A stretch of 64,000 nt of DNA from an uncultured Methanosarcinales archaeon (GTDB lineage: Archaea > Nanobdellota > Nanobdellia > Woesearchaeales > UBA12501). The notes under the pieces are model-generated. The model searched no databases and had not been told where the DNA came from. It saw only the letters and a program-made list of their open reading frames with translations. Where the stretch lies: positions 1,081 to 65,080 of the forward strand of contig CAYNHV010000004.1 in NCBI GenBank assembly GCA_964397315.1. Reading direction: 5' to 3'. How positions within the stretch are numbered: the stretch's first letter is position 1; each line of letters starts with the position of its first letter. Shown here piece after piece: positions 34,731-44,147 of the stretch. The translations under genes were made by a program, and so were the position numbers.

Positions 34731-35738
34731 ATGAACATAAAAAGAGCAGCTCTTGTCCTGCTGGTCATTGCATTCGCGCTCTACATTTACGCCTCAGGAT
34801 CAGGCATCACAGGCAGCCACCTGGCAGAATTGAAAAGCGAAGGGGGGCTGCCGTCAGAGATGTCAGAAAAGCCGACAGTCCTGTTCTGCCCGGCGGACAA
34901 CTGCGCTGGAAACCTTGCTTACCTGATAAAAAACTCAGAAAACGTATCCTGCGCCTTTTTTGACCTTGACCTGGACGAGGTTATCAATGCCCTGGAGAGC
35001 AGGAAAGTGAGGGTTGTTGTTGACGCTGACAATTATCATATTGCTGAGGGAAGGATAACAAGGCTGAGAAAGGACAGAAGAGCCGCTTTCATGCACAACA
35101 AGTTCTGCGTATTTGATGACTCAATCGTGTGGACAGGAAGCTTCAATCCCACAGCCAACGGAAACTCAGTAAACAACAACAATGTGATTATAATAAAGTC
35201 TGCATACATCGCGGATAATTACAACAGGGAGTTTGAAGAGCTGTGGGCAGGAGAGTTCGGAAAAGGAGAAAGGACCGAGGATGCAAAAGTCATGCTGAAC
35301 AGAAAAATGGTGGAGAACTATTTCTGCCCTGAGGACTGGTGCGCAAACAAGGTAATGAGATCATTGGAGGAGGCAGAGAACAGCATATACTTCATGACCT
35401 TCTCATTCACCCATGACGGCATAGGAGATGTTCTTGCCGAAAAACAAGGGGAAGGCCTTGAGGTGAAGGGCATCTTTGAAAGCATGCAGAACAGGAGATA
35501 CTCTGAGATGGACAAGCTCAATAGTTCAGGAATCAAGGTGTATCTTGACAACAACCCGGGAGCGATGCACCACAAGGTATTTATCATAGACAACAGGACT
35601 GTAATAACAGGCTCCTTCAACCCGACAAAGAGCGGTGACACGAGGAATGACGAAAACCTGCTGATAATCCATGATAAAAGCATCGCAAGAGAATACCTGC
35701 GGGAGTTCGCCAGGCTGAGAAAGCCGGGAGGGGGATGA
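34731..35738 (+). CDS. Phospholipase D-family protein with two HKD motifs, N-terminal membrane anchor (Nuc-like nuclease or phospholipid enzyme)
   Basis: HNKFCVFDDSIVWTGSFNPT and HHKVFIIDNRTVITGSFNPT. Confidence 0.85.
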   Translation: MNIKRAALVLLVIAFALYIYASGSGITGSHLAELKSEGGLPSEMSEKPTVLFCPADNCAGNLAYLIKNSENVSCAFFDLDLDEVINALESRKVRVVVDADNYHIAEGRITRLRKDRRAAFMHNKFCVFDDSIVWTGSFNPTANGNSVNNNNVIIIKSAYIADNYNREFEELWAGEFGKGERTEDAKVMLNRKMVENYFCPEDWCANKVMRSLEEAENSIYFMTFSFTHDGIGDVLAEKQGEGLEVKGIFESMQNRRYSEMDKLNSSGIKVYLDNNPGAMHHKVFIIDNRTVITGSFNPTKSGDTRNDENLLIIHDKSIAREYLREFARLRKPGGG

Positions 35739-35787
35739 CCGCAATATTTATATATCATTTGTGCGGGTTTTGTGCTGAGGTGGTTGT

Positions 35788-35967
35788 ATGAGCGAGGAAG
35801 AATTTGAGGATTATGAAAAGGATGAGTACGATGACGAGGAAGAGGAGGAGATAACAGAGGAGGACGAGAAGCCGGAGTCAGAGGATGATGAGGAAGAGAT
35901 AAAGGATGATGACTATGAGGAGGATGATTACTCTGAATACACAGACCAGGAAGATGACGAGGTGTGA
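35788..35967 (+). CDS. 59-aa hyper-acidic protein (more than 60 percent D/E)
   Basis: ATG 4 nt after GAGGTGG. MSEEEFEDYEKDEYDDEEEEE...DQEDDEV. Below the ORF-track cutoff. Confidence 0.4.
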   Translation: MSEEEFEDYEKDEYDDEEEEEITEEDEKPESEDDEEEIKDDDYEEDDYSEYTDQEDDEV

Positions 35968-36026
35968 ACAGTTCTTTTTCTTTTCATGCGCTAAAACCAA
36001 ACAACAGTAGAACCATCATACGCACA

Positions 36027-36938
36027 ATGGCAGACATAATCCTTGCAGGCACAATAGGGCTTGATGATATTGAAACGCCTTTTGGAAAGGCAAAAGAGGT
36101 TCTCGGAGGCAGCAGTGTTTATGCAGCCTATGCGGCATCATTCTTTGCAAAACCCGCAATGGTGTCCATAGCAGGAAAAGACTTTCCGGACCGCCACAGG
36201 AAAACCCTCATGGAGAAGGGGATATGCCTCAGGGGTGTTGAGATAAAGGGAAAGAACTTCAGATGGGAGGGCCTTTACGAGTTTGACATGAACGAGGCAA
36301 AGACATTAAGGACAGAGCTGAACTCCCTGACCGAATTCAACCCGAAGCTTCCCGAAGAGTACAGGAAGGCAAAATACCTTTTCCTTGCCAATGTTGACCC
36401 GGAGGTGCAGCTGAAGGTCATAGAACAGACGGAATCCCCTGAGTTCATTGCAATGGACACCATGAACTTCTGGATAGAGCACAAGAAGGAGATGCTCTCA
36501 GAGGTGATGAAAAAAGTTGACGTGATCATACTAAATGACGGCGAGGCCAGGCAGTTTTTCGGCACAGTCAACCTCATAACAGCAGCAAACAAGGCTCTTG
36601 AATACGCGCGGAAGGCTGTCATAATAAAGAAGGGAGAGCACGGAGCATTATTGTTCGTGAAAGAGGACGGCAGGGTGAGGCACTTCAACGCTCCAGGGTA
36701 TCCTCTTGAGACAATAAAGGACCCCACAGGATGCGGGGACAGCTTTGGAGGGGGCTTCATGGGTTACATTGCCAGCAGGGAGGACACAAGCGACGCCTCG
36801 CTGAGAAAGGCTGTCATATACGGATCTGTGATGGCCAGCTTCAACGCAGAGGACTTCTCGCTTGAGAGGCAGAAAACGCTGAGCCAGGAGGAGATAGAGG
36901 GGAGATACAAAGAGATGAGGGAGATAAGGGAGTTCTGA
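36027..36938 (+). CDS. PfkB-family sugar/nucleoside kinase
   Basis: GGSSVYAA, NDGEA, and DPTGCGDSFGGGFMGY. ATG 36027 (MADIILAG) is preferred over the GTG at 35964. Confidence 0.85.
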   Translation: MADIILAGTIGLDDIETPFGKAKEVLGGSSVYAAYAASFFAKPAMVSIAGKDFPDRHRKTLMEKGICLRGVEIKGKNFRWEGLYEFDMNEAKTLRTELNSLTEFNPKLPEEYRKAKYLFLANVDPEVQLKVIEQTESPEFIAMDTMNFWIEHKKEMLSEVMKKVDVIILNDGEARQFFGTVNLITAANKALEYARKAVIIKKGEHGALLFVKEDGRVRHFNAPGYPLETIKDPTGCGDSFGGGFMGYIASREDTSDASLRKAVIYGSVMASFNAEDFSLERQKTLSQEEIEGRYKEMREIREF

Positions 36939-36974
36939 GAAAGATTTATAAAAGGCTGTCCTCAGTATGTTCTT

Positions 36975-38846
36975 ATGGCATCAGCAAAGAAGAAATCTGC
37001 AAAGAGAACAGCGGGCAACGCTGAAAAGAAACAGGCAGGCAACAAGACCATAGTGCCTGACACCTCTGTGATAATAGAGGGCCTCATAACCAGGAAGATA
37101 GAAGCCAAAAAACTCATGCCCTCCATGGTAATAATACACGAGGCCGTGCTTGCAGAGCTTGAGAACCAGGCCAACATGGGCAAGGAGACAGGATACCTCG
37201 GCATTGAGGAGATAAAAAAGCTGAGGGACATATCAAAGAAGCACAAGTTCTCAATTGAATACAAGGGAAAAAGGCCTGAAGAGTTTGAGATAAAAAGAGC
37301 AAAGGCGGGGGAGATTGACAACATAATAAGAAACCTCGCGCAGGAGGAGAATGCCACGCTCATAACAGCGGACAGGGTGCAGGGGCTCATAGCAGAATCA
37401 AGGGGAATAGATGTCACAATAATAGAGTTTGAGAAGACGTCAAGGAGGATAAAGCTGGAGGAATTCTTTGACAAAGACACCATGTCAGTGCACATAAGGG
37501 AGAACATAATCCCCTCTGCAAAAAATGGAGTTCCCGGAGACTGGAAGTTCGTGAAAGCGGGGAAGAGCGAGCTCAGCAGGGAGGATATAAGGGAGATGGC
37601 TAAGGAGATTGTGGAGGAGGCAGAGATAAGAGAGGATGGCTTTGTTGAGGTGCAGAGGAAGGGCTCAACAATAGTCCAGCTTGGCCATTACAGGATTGTC
37701 ATAACAAGGCCCCCTTTTGCAGACGGTTATGAGATAACTGCAGTGAGGCCGATAAAGAAGCTCGCAATGGAGGACTACGAGATCAGCGAGAAGCTCAGGA
37801 AAAGGATAGCTGAGCAGGCAGAGGGAATATTAATAGCGGGCTCGCCAGGCATGGGAAAGACCACGTTTGCCCAGGCCCTTGCTGAATACTATGAGAAGCA
37901 GGAAAAGATAGTGAAGACAGTTGAGGCCCCAAGGGACCTTCAGCTTCCTGAGTCAATAACCCAATACTCAGTAAGCTACGGCTCATCCCAGGAGATACAT
38001 GACATACTCCTGCTCTCAAGGCCGGACTACACCATATTTGACGAGATGAGGAACACAGAGGATTTCAGGCTGTTCACTGACATGAGGCTTTCAGGAGTGG
38101 GCATGGTGGGCATAGTCCACGCAACAAATCCTGTTGACGCCATACAGAGGTTCATAGGCAGGGTTGAGCTGGGGGTTGTTCCCCAGGTGATTGACACTGT
38201 GATATTCATAAAGGACGGAGAGGTGAGAAAGTCGTTCAATGTCCAGATGACAGTGAAGGTTCCGGCAGGAATGACAGAAGCTGACCTGGCCAGGCCTGTC
38301 GTAACTGTCAGCGATTTTGAGACAGGGAAGCTTGAGTTTGAGATATACAGCTATGGCGAGGACACCATGGTCGTGCCTGTGAGGACAGGAGCCACAACAC
38401 CCCTGCAGCAGTTAGCGTCAAGTACAATAAAGAAGGAGATGAGCAGGTATTCTGACAATCTAAGTGTTGATGTTGTGTCAGATAACAAGGCAGTCATATA
38501 CGTTCCTGAAGAGGACATTGCGGGAATAATAGGAAAGAAAGGCCAGAACATAGATGCGATAGAGAAGAAGCTGGGCATAAGCATTGACATACAGCCGATC
38601 TCAGGCAGGAAAAAAGAGGGATCAAGCCCCTGCGACTATGACGTTCAGATAGGCAAGAACAGCATCGTGTTCTTTCTTGACGAGAAAAACAAGAACAAGG
38701 ATATTGACATCCTCGTGAAAGGTGATTATCTTCTCACTGCAAAAAGCTCCAAAAAGGCCATAATAAAGGTCAAGAAAAACAACAAGATAGGAAGAATCCT
38801 CACCCAGGCGGTCAATTCAGGCGAGGAGGTCAGGCTGGTCTGCTGA
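36975..38846 (+). CDS. PIN domain / PilT-like ATPase / KH domain protein (conserved archaeal)
   Basis: N-terminal PIN (IVPDTSVIIEG), Walker A AGSPGMGKTT, and C-terminal KH (IAGIIGKKGQNIDAIEKKLG). Confidence 0.8.
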   Translation: MASAKKKSAKRTAGNAEKKQAGNKTIVPDTSVIIEGLITRKIEAKKLMPSMVIIHEAVLAELENQANMGKETGYLGIEEIKKLRDISKKHKFSIEYKGKRPEEFEIKRAKAGEIDNIIRNLAQEENATLITADRVQGLIAESRGIDVTIIEFEKTSRRIKLEEFFDKDTMSVHIRENIIPSAKNGVPGDWKFVKAGKSELSREDIREMAKEIVEEAEIREDGFVEVQRKGSTIVQLGHYRIVITRPPFADGYEITAVRPIKKLAMEDYEISEKLRKRIAEQAEGILIAGSPGMGKTTFAQALAEYYEKQEKIVKTVEAPRDLQLPESITQYSVSYGSSQEIHDILLLSRPDYTIFDEMRNTEDFRLFTDMRLSGVGMVGIVHATNPVDAIQRFIGRVELGVVPQVIDTVIFIKDGEVRKSFNVQMTVKVPAGMTEADLARPVVTVSDFETGKLEFEIYSYGEDTMVVPVRTGATTPLQQLASSTIKKEMSRYSDNLSVDVVSDNKAVIYVPEEDIAGIIGKKGQNIDAIEKKLGISIDIQPISGRKKEGSSPCDYDVQIGKNSIVFFLDEKNKNKDIDILVKGDYLLTAKSSKKAIIKVKKNNKIGRILTQAVNSGEEVRLVC

Positions 38847-39567
38847 GGCAGGCCTCCTCAGGAGGGGAATGCGTGCCTGCCTGCTTCTCATGCAAAGTTT
38901 TGTAGAATGTTCTCTTGTTAAAGTAGTTTATTATAAGCCTCTTGTGCCTTGAAAGCTCGGAGAAGCCGTTAGCTGAGGTAAGCTCCTCCACAGACCTGAA
39001 ATGCCTCGGGAAAACCCTCAAGTTTTCTTCCCAAAGCTCATGAGGATAATCATTATGAAAGTAGATTGCATGAACATTCCCCTCCCTGTTAAAGCCCTCC
39101 ATGTGGTAGCCGTCTGAATTATCGTCCTGCCAGACACCATCCCCCCCGTAGATCTCCCTCATCCCATTGTCCAGGAATCTTGCCAGCTTTTCAAAATAAG
39201 TCCTTGAGTCCACGCATGCGTAATCATAGCCCAGGTTCCTGAAGTCAGAAGAGCATATCCTTTCAAGCTCTTTGTTCTGAAGTGCGTAAGAGGCAAGGTG
39301 CCTTCTCCTTAAGGGGCCCATCCTCATGTCAGCAAGAGCGAGAACAACACCAGAGTGCATATAGAACAACATCTCCTCATCAGCGTGGCTGTTGGCTGTC
39401 CTCAACAGAGGCTTTTCATTGTCACTCCTGCAGTAGATGTGATTTCCCTCAAAAATCACTCTGCCATAGTCAGGCCAGTTCTCACTGACTATCTGAAAAA
39501 GGCTGTCCTGATGCTCATCCCGGAGTTGCATGTTTATCATTGCATACACAGCATAATCATTGGTCAT
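38830..39567 (-). CDS. Hypothetical protein (orphan, aromatic/His-rich), second gene of an overlapping pair
   Basis: 245-aa ORF whose start overlaps the upstream stop by 11 nt. No recognised motif. Confidence 0.55.
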   Translation of the reverse strand: MTNDYAVYAMINMQLRDEHQDSLFQIVSENWPDYGRVIFEGNHIYCRSDNEKPLLRTANSHADEEMLFYMHSGVVLALADMRMGPLRRRHLASYALQNKELERICSSDFRNLGYDYACVDSRTYFEKLARFLDNGMREIYGGDGVWQDDNSDGYHMEGFNREGNVHAIYFHNDYPHELWEENLRVFPRHFRSVEELTSANGFSELSRHKRLIINYFNKRTFYKTLHEKQAGTHSPPEEACLSRPA

Positions 39568-40342
39568 GAGACCATGCCCACTGGTCTGCGGGATCCCTGT
39601 AATGGTAATTAAGGCTCTGGAAGTTTGACCCTAATAGGATGAACTCTGCGTGCAGTTTCTCTTCTTCTGTAAGAGGCATTCTATTGCTGAGCTCTGCCTT
39701 AAATGCCTCAAGGGCAGCCTCTCCCTGAATAAAGAGACGGTACATTTTCATCACACTCCTGCCTTCATAATTTCCCGGAAAGGTGCACTTTTCTTCCCCT
39801 AAGCTGACCTCAAGATCTCCGTCAGGGGTGGGAGACACTCTGCTGCAGGTCTCATATCCTTTCCCTTCTGTCCGGGCATAGAGCTCTTCCATCATCTCAG
39901 CTGACTTCCACCCAATATCAGAGGGGCTGATCCTTGAAGTGTCAAGCCTTGTAGTGTGAAGGTATCTTATTCTGCCTTTCATGTCAAATGTGTAAGACGA
40001 GACTGCCACTTTCCTGGCCTCATAATCCTCAGTGCCCACAATCAGCACATTGGAATTAATGAGCATCACAGCCTCTCCCTGAAGAGAGGAGGCATAGAAT
40101 GTATTGGGGTCTATCTCCTGAAGCTCTTCATGATTATATCTGGAGAATTCATGATTCCTTCTTATTATCCTCGCCAATAACCGCTTTTTTTCCCCTTCTC
40201 TGGTCACTCTTGGTTCCCTCCTGGAACCCCCACCACTTGTTAATAGCAGGGGAGTTAAGGCATCATAGTATTTAAATATTGCGGTTGTTTTCATATACAG
40301 GCCGGAGGGAGATGTGTATACCAGTATGCCATTAAGATTCAT
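39557..40342 (-). CDS. Hypothetical protein (orphan), first gene of an overlapping pair
   Basis: 261-aa ORF, divergent from serS. No recognised motif. Confidence 0.55.
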   Translation of the reverse strand: MNLNGILVYTSPSGLYMKTTAIFKYYDALTPLLLTSGGGSRREPRVTREGEKKRLLARIIRRNHEFSRYNHEELQEIDPNTFYASSLQGEAVMLINSNVLIVGTEDYEARKVAVSSYTFDMKGRIRYLHTTRLDTSRISPSDIGWKSAEMMEELYARTEGKGYETCSRVSPTPDGDLEVSLGEEKCTFPGNYEGRSVMKMYRLFIQGEAALEAFKAELSNRMPLTEEEKLHAEFILLGSNFQSLNYHYRDPADQWAWSHDQ

Positions 40343-40355
40343 CTCTGGTTTCCAA

Positions 40356-40368
40356 AATATTTATAAAC
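40356..40368 (+). promoter_or_regulatory. TATA-like box for serS
   Basis: AATATTTATAAAC is centred about 24 nt upstream of ATG 40385. Confidence 0.45.
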
Positions 40369-40384
40369 ATCTGCAGCCCAAAAC

Positions 40385-41674
40385 ATGAATAAGATGCTTG
40401 ACATAAGCCTGATAAGGGAGAAGCCGGGGATTGTGGAGGCTGACCTGAAGAAAAGAGGGGATAAAGAGAAGATTAGATGGCTGAAGGACCTTGTCAGGAA
40501 GGACAAGAAGTACAGGCAGCTGCAGTTTGACTTCCAGAAGCTCAAGCACGAGAAGAACGAGCTATCAAAAGAAATCTCTGAAAGGAAAAAACAGAACAAT
40601 GATGTGTCATCCCAGCTAAAGAAACTCAGGGATCTGCCAGAGAAGATAGAGACTTACTCAGCAGAGATAAGCGCTTTGAAAGAGGACATAAACACATACC
40701 TCATGAAGCTGCCCAACCTCCTGCACGAGTCAGTGCCCGCTGGAAAGGATGACACAGAAAATGAGGTCGTGCGGCAGTGGGGCAAGAAGCCCGAGTTCAG
40801 CTTCACGCCAAAGAGCCATGTTGACCTCATGGAGAATCTTGATGCTGCGGACATAGAGAGGGCAGCAAAGGTCTCAGGGGCCAGATTCTATTACCTGAAG
40901 GAAGACCTTGTCATGCTTGACCTGGCGCTGCAGAGGTTTGCGATTGACTTTCTGAGAGAAAGGGGGTTCAGGCTGTTGCAGACCCCTTTCATGATGAAGA
41001 GAGAGCCTTATGAGGGAGTCACAAGCCTGGACGACTTTGAGGAGATGCTGTACAAGATAGAGAATGAAGACCTTTACCTCATAGCCACATCCGAGCATCC
41101 TATTGCGGCAATGCACATGAAAGAGACAATAGACCCTGAGCATCTGCCCATGAAGCTGGCAGGGGCCAGCCCATGCTTCAGGAAGGAGGCGGGAGCCCAC
41201 GGCAAGGACACAAAGGGAATATTCAGGGTGCACCAGTTCAACAAGGTGGAGCAGTTCGTTTTCTGCACTCCCGAAAAAAGCTGGGAGTTTCACGAGGAGC
41301 TGATAAAGAACTCTGAAGAGATCTGCAGGAAGCTGGGGCTGCCCTACAGGATTGTCAACGTCTGCACAGGGGACATAGGCGTAATGGCTGCCAAGAAATA
41401 CGACCTTGAGGTGTGGATGCCCGCCCAGAAGGCATACCGCGAACTTGTGTCATGCTCAAACTGCACTGATTATCAGGCCAGGCGCCTTAATATAAGATAT
41501 GGAAAAGAAGGCGGTGAAAAGGAGCTGGTGCACACGCTTAACTCAACCGCGGTTGCAACAAGCAGGACAATGGTGGCCATAATGGAGAACTTCCAGAACA
41601 AGGACGGAAGCGTTAATGTTCCAAAAGCCCTTCAGCCGTACATGGGAGGGCTTAAAACCATAGAAAAAAGGTGA
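40385..41674 (+). CDS. serS: Seryl-tRNA synthetase
   Basis: N-terminal coiled-coil arm and class II motifs (GARFYYL, FRKEAG, RVHQFNKVE, NSTAVATSR). Confidence 0.95.
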   Translation: MNKMLDISLIREKPGIVEADLKKRGDKEKIRWLKDLVRKDKKYRQLQFDFQKLKHEKNELSKEISERKKQNNDVSSQLKKLRDLPEKIETYSAEISALKEDINTYLMKLPNLLHESVPAGKDDTENEVVRQWGKKPEFSFTPKSHVDLMENLDAADIERAAKVSGARFYYLKEDLVMLDLALQRFAIDFLRERGFRLLQTPFMMKREPYEGVTSLDDFEEMLYKIENEDLYLIATSEHPIAAMHMKETIDPEHLPMKLAGASPCFRKEAGAHGKDTKGIFRVHQFNKVEQFVFCTPEKSWEFHEELIKNSEEICRKLGLPYRIVNVCTGDIGVMAAKKYDLEVWMPAQKAYRELVSCSNCTDYQARRLNIRYGKEGGEKELVHTLNSTAVATSRTMVAIMENFQNKDGSVNVPKALQPYMGGLKTIEKR

Positions 41675-41688
41675 CAGGGGGTGCTATA

Positions 41689-42057
41689 ATGGCAAAGGAT
41701 GAGGAAGAGATGAGGGGAGATAAGTATGATTTCATAGAGGATGCTGACGAGAGAGAGGAGTCTGAGGACGAGAAAGGGGCGATGATGGATTCAGGAGAGC
41801 TTGAGGAGAATGTCTACTCTGACGTGGGAAGAAAGAAGCTTGTTGAGGATGACGAGCTGGAGCAGTGGGAGGAGGGATTCTCAATGGGGGCAGAAGAAGG
41901 CGGAAGAGACGCAAAATGCAGGTACTGCGGAAAGATACTCATCAGCAAGGAGGAGACTTATGAGAGGAAGATAGACGGGGAGCTGTGCTTCTTCTGCTCA
42001 GAGGACCATGTGCAGAAGTATATCAAAAAGAAGGAGAAAGAGAAGCAAAAAGGTTAA
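41689..42057 (+). CDS. Acidic protein with C-terminal CxxC...CxxC FCS/TRASH-like zinc finger
   Basis: CRYCGKILISKEETYERKIDGELCFFCSEDH. The N-terminal ~85 aa are D/E-rich. ATG 41689 is preferred over GTG 41671. Confidence 0.5.
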   Translation: MAKDEEEMRGDKYDFIEDADEREESEDEKGAMMDSGELEENVYSDVGRKKLVEDDELEQWEEGFSMGAEEGGRDAKCRYCGKILISKEETYERKIDGELCFFCSEDHVQKYIKKKEKEKQKG

Positions 42058-42088
42058 ATTTAAATAAGTCCATGATAAGAGGAAGGAT

Positions 42089-42253
42089 ATGGAAGCCATT
42101 CACAACATAATGCTGGCAGCGGGGGCAATCATAATTCTGCTGCTCATAAGGCAGGCAATGAAAAGATTCAGCAGAAAAGAGTCTGAGTTTGAAAGGATGC
42201 ACAGGAAGATCATCGCCTCTGAAGAGAACAAGGTCAGGGGAAGGTTTGAATAA
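42089..42253 (+). CDS. Possible 54-aa single-TM protein
   Basis: ATG after AGGAAGGA. MEAIHNIMLAAGAIIILLLIRQAMKRF... Below the ORF-track cutoff. Confidence 0.3.
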   Translation: MEAIHNIMLAAGAIIILLLIRQAMKRFSRKESEFERMHRKIIASEENKVRGRFE

Positions 42254-42266
42254 GCCTGTGCAAATC

Positions 42267-42281
42267 AAAAATTATATAAAA
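42267..42281 (+). promoter_or_regulatory. TATA-like box for orc1/cdc6
   Basis: AAAATTATATAAAA is centred about 30 nt upstream of ATG 42305. Confidence 0.45.
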
Positions 42282-42304
42282 CATACATGGTTTTCTGTGT
42301 CAAC

Positions 42305-43384
42305 ATGGGGGTCTTCAAGGATATGCTGGGTTCTGGAGAAAGCCTTTTCAGAGACCACGTTCCGCTGGATTACGACTACATTCCCAAGCGTGTCCCTTAC
42401 AGGGAGATGCAGCAGAAGCAGATATCATTATGCATACGCCCCCTTGCAGAGGGAAGGAACGGCAGGAACCTGTTCATCTACGGCGCTCCGGGAGTGGGAA
42501 AGACAGTGGCCTGCAAGCACCTGCTCAAGGCTCTTGAGGAAGAGGATATAGGGGGGGTTATCCCCATTTACATAAACTGCTGGCAGAAGAACACATTCTT
42601 TAAGATAATGCTTGAGATATGCGATGTTCTTGGATACAGTTTCACCCACAACAAGAAAAGCGACGAGCTGTTCAAGATAGTGAAGGACATGCTGAACAAG
42701 AAATCTGTTGTTTTTGTCCTTGATGAGGTGGACAAGCTGGAGGACCAGGATTTCATATACAACGTGCTTGAGGAGATATACAAAAAATCAGTGATCCTTA
42801 TAACAAACTACAAGGACTGGATTGTCAACCTGGACCAGAGGGTGAAGTCAAGGCTCACCCCTGAGATGCTGGAGTTCAAGCCTTACAACAAGGAAGAGAC
42901 AAAAGGGATACTGCAGGAGAGGATGAAGTATGCTTTTGTGCCGGGAGTGTGGGATGAGGAGGCGTTCCAGACAGCAGCAGAGAAAACATATGAGATGGGG
43001 GATGTACGGGCGGGCCTTTACCTTCTCAGGGAGGCAGGCAACGCTGCAGAGGACGCAAGCAGCAGGAGGATAACCTCAGAGCATGTCAAGAAAGCAATAG
43101 GCAAGCTTGAGGAGTTCAGCATAAAGAAGAAGGAGGGCCTGGAGGACGAGACAAAATTCATCCTGGAGATAATAAAGAAGAACTCAGGCAGGAGGATAGG
43201 GGATATCTACAAGGAATACCAGAAAGAGGGAGGGAAGGCTGTTTACAAGACATTCCAGAGGAAAGTCAGCAAGCTTTCAGAGGACAGGTTCATAACAGTG
43301 AAGAAGACCATGGGGGGAGCAGAAGGCACCACAACAATAGTCAAGTACTCGGGAGGCACAAAGAAGCTGACTGATTTTGAGTAG
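42305..43384 (+). CDS. cdc6: Orc1/Cdc6 replication initiator
   Basis: LFIYGAPGVGKT Walker A, VLDEVD Walker B, C-terminal winged helix. The internal ATG 42305 fits the TATA spacing (the ORF track starts at 42287). Confidence 0.9.
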   Translation: MGVFKDMLGSGESLFRDHVPLDYDYIPKRVPYREMQQKQISLCIRPLAEGRNGRNLFIYGAPGVGKTVACKHLLKALEEEDIGGVIPIYINCWQKNTFFKIMLEICDVLGYSFTHNKKSDELFKIVKDMLNKKSVVFVLDEVDKLEDQDFIYNVLEEIYKKSVILITNYKDWIVNLDQRVKSRLTPEMLEFKPYNKEETKGILQERMKYAFVPGVWDEEAFQTAAEKTYEMGDVRAGLYLLREAGNAAEDASSRRITSEHVKKAIGKLEEFSIKKKEGLEDETKFILEIIKKNSGRRIGDIYKEYQKEGGKAVYKTFQRKVSKLSEDRFITVKKTMGGAEGTTTIVKYSGGTKKLTDFE

Positions 43385-43536
43385 AATGGGAAGATTTCAG
43401 GCAAAGGCCCATCCGAGATGGCTTAAGACATCATGGGACAGGACTTGGTCCTACATAATCATGTGCGTAATAGCCCTTGCAGTAATAATCATTCTCCTGA
43501 AGATATGAAACCATGGCCCTGATTGCAGCATGATGG

Positions 43537-43809
43537 TCAGTATCTCACTGAGAAATCAGAAAACTCCTCTCCTGGATTCTCCTCCATCACCTCAACATTC
43601 TCAACATCAGCAGCAGATGGCCCTGTTCTGCAGTATTCCACAAGCTCATCAACCTTTTTATCTTCACCCTGTGCAACAGCCTCAACCCTGCCGTCAGGCA
43701 GATTCCTCACAAAGCCCACAAGGCCAAGCTCCCTGGCTTTTCTTTCAGTGTTTGACCTGAAGAAGACACCCTGCACCCTTCCGCTTATGAACAGATGGAC
43801 CCTTTTCAT
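43537..43809 (-). CDS. acyP: Acylphosphatase
   Basis: 90 aa. ISGRVQGVFFRSNTERKARELGLVGFVRNLPDGRVE. Confidence 0.9.
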   Translation of the reverse strand: MKRVHLFISGRVQGVFFRSNTERKARELGLVGFVRNLPDGRVEAVAQGEDKKVDELVEYCRTGPSAADVENVEVMEENPGEEFSDFSVRY

Positions 43810-43854
43810 TGCAGTATCTATTGTTGGGCCTGTTGTTTTTAAAAGTTATGGTAT

Positions 43855-43936
43855 CCACTGGACTTCCCAGGACATTTCCAAAACCAGATTAAAAGGCTGT
43901 CAGACAGCTTTTAATCCCCCACTGGACACTGGACAT
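43855..43936 (+). repeat. Two direct ORB-like boxes (CCACTGGAC..GGACAT) flanking an imperfect palindrome
   Basis: TATCCACTGGACTTCCCAGGACAT starts at 43852, and CCCCACTGGACACTGGACAT starts at 43917. TCCACTGGA is the reverse complement of the archaeal mini-ORB core TCCAGTGGA. AAAAGGCTGTCAGACAGCTTTTAA lies between. Confidence 0.3.
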
Positions 43937-44147
43937 CCTCACGTGAGGTATTTAAATCATCAGGGTCATACAAGTATTATCAGATTCAGTCAATCAGCAG
44001 GAATTGGGCGCCCTATTGCGGGGTAAGTCCCATCAGCTTCCTGCTAAAGCTGAATTCAGAGGTGATTGTGATGATAGATCTCAGCAGCAGAACGATTGAA
44101 AGGCTCTTCTTTGAGCAGATAAAGTCATTAACAGCAGGGAGGTGATC

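Noticed and set aside
44069-44135. C/D-box sRNA (GTGATGA at about 44069) in the cdc6-proximal spacer; similarly GTGATGA at 7873
   Set aside because: A box C-like heptamer is present, but no properly spaced CTGA D/D' boxes, no C' box and no terminal stem could be found.
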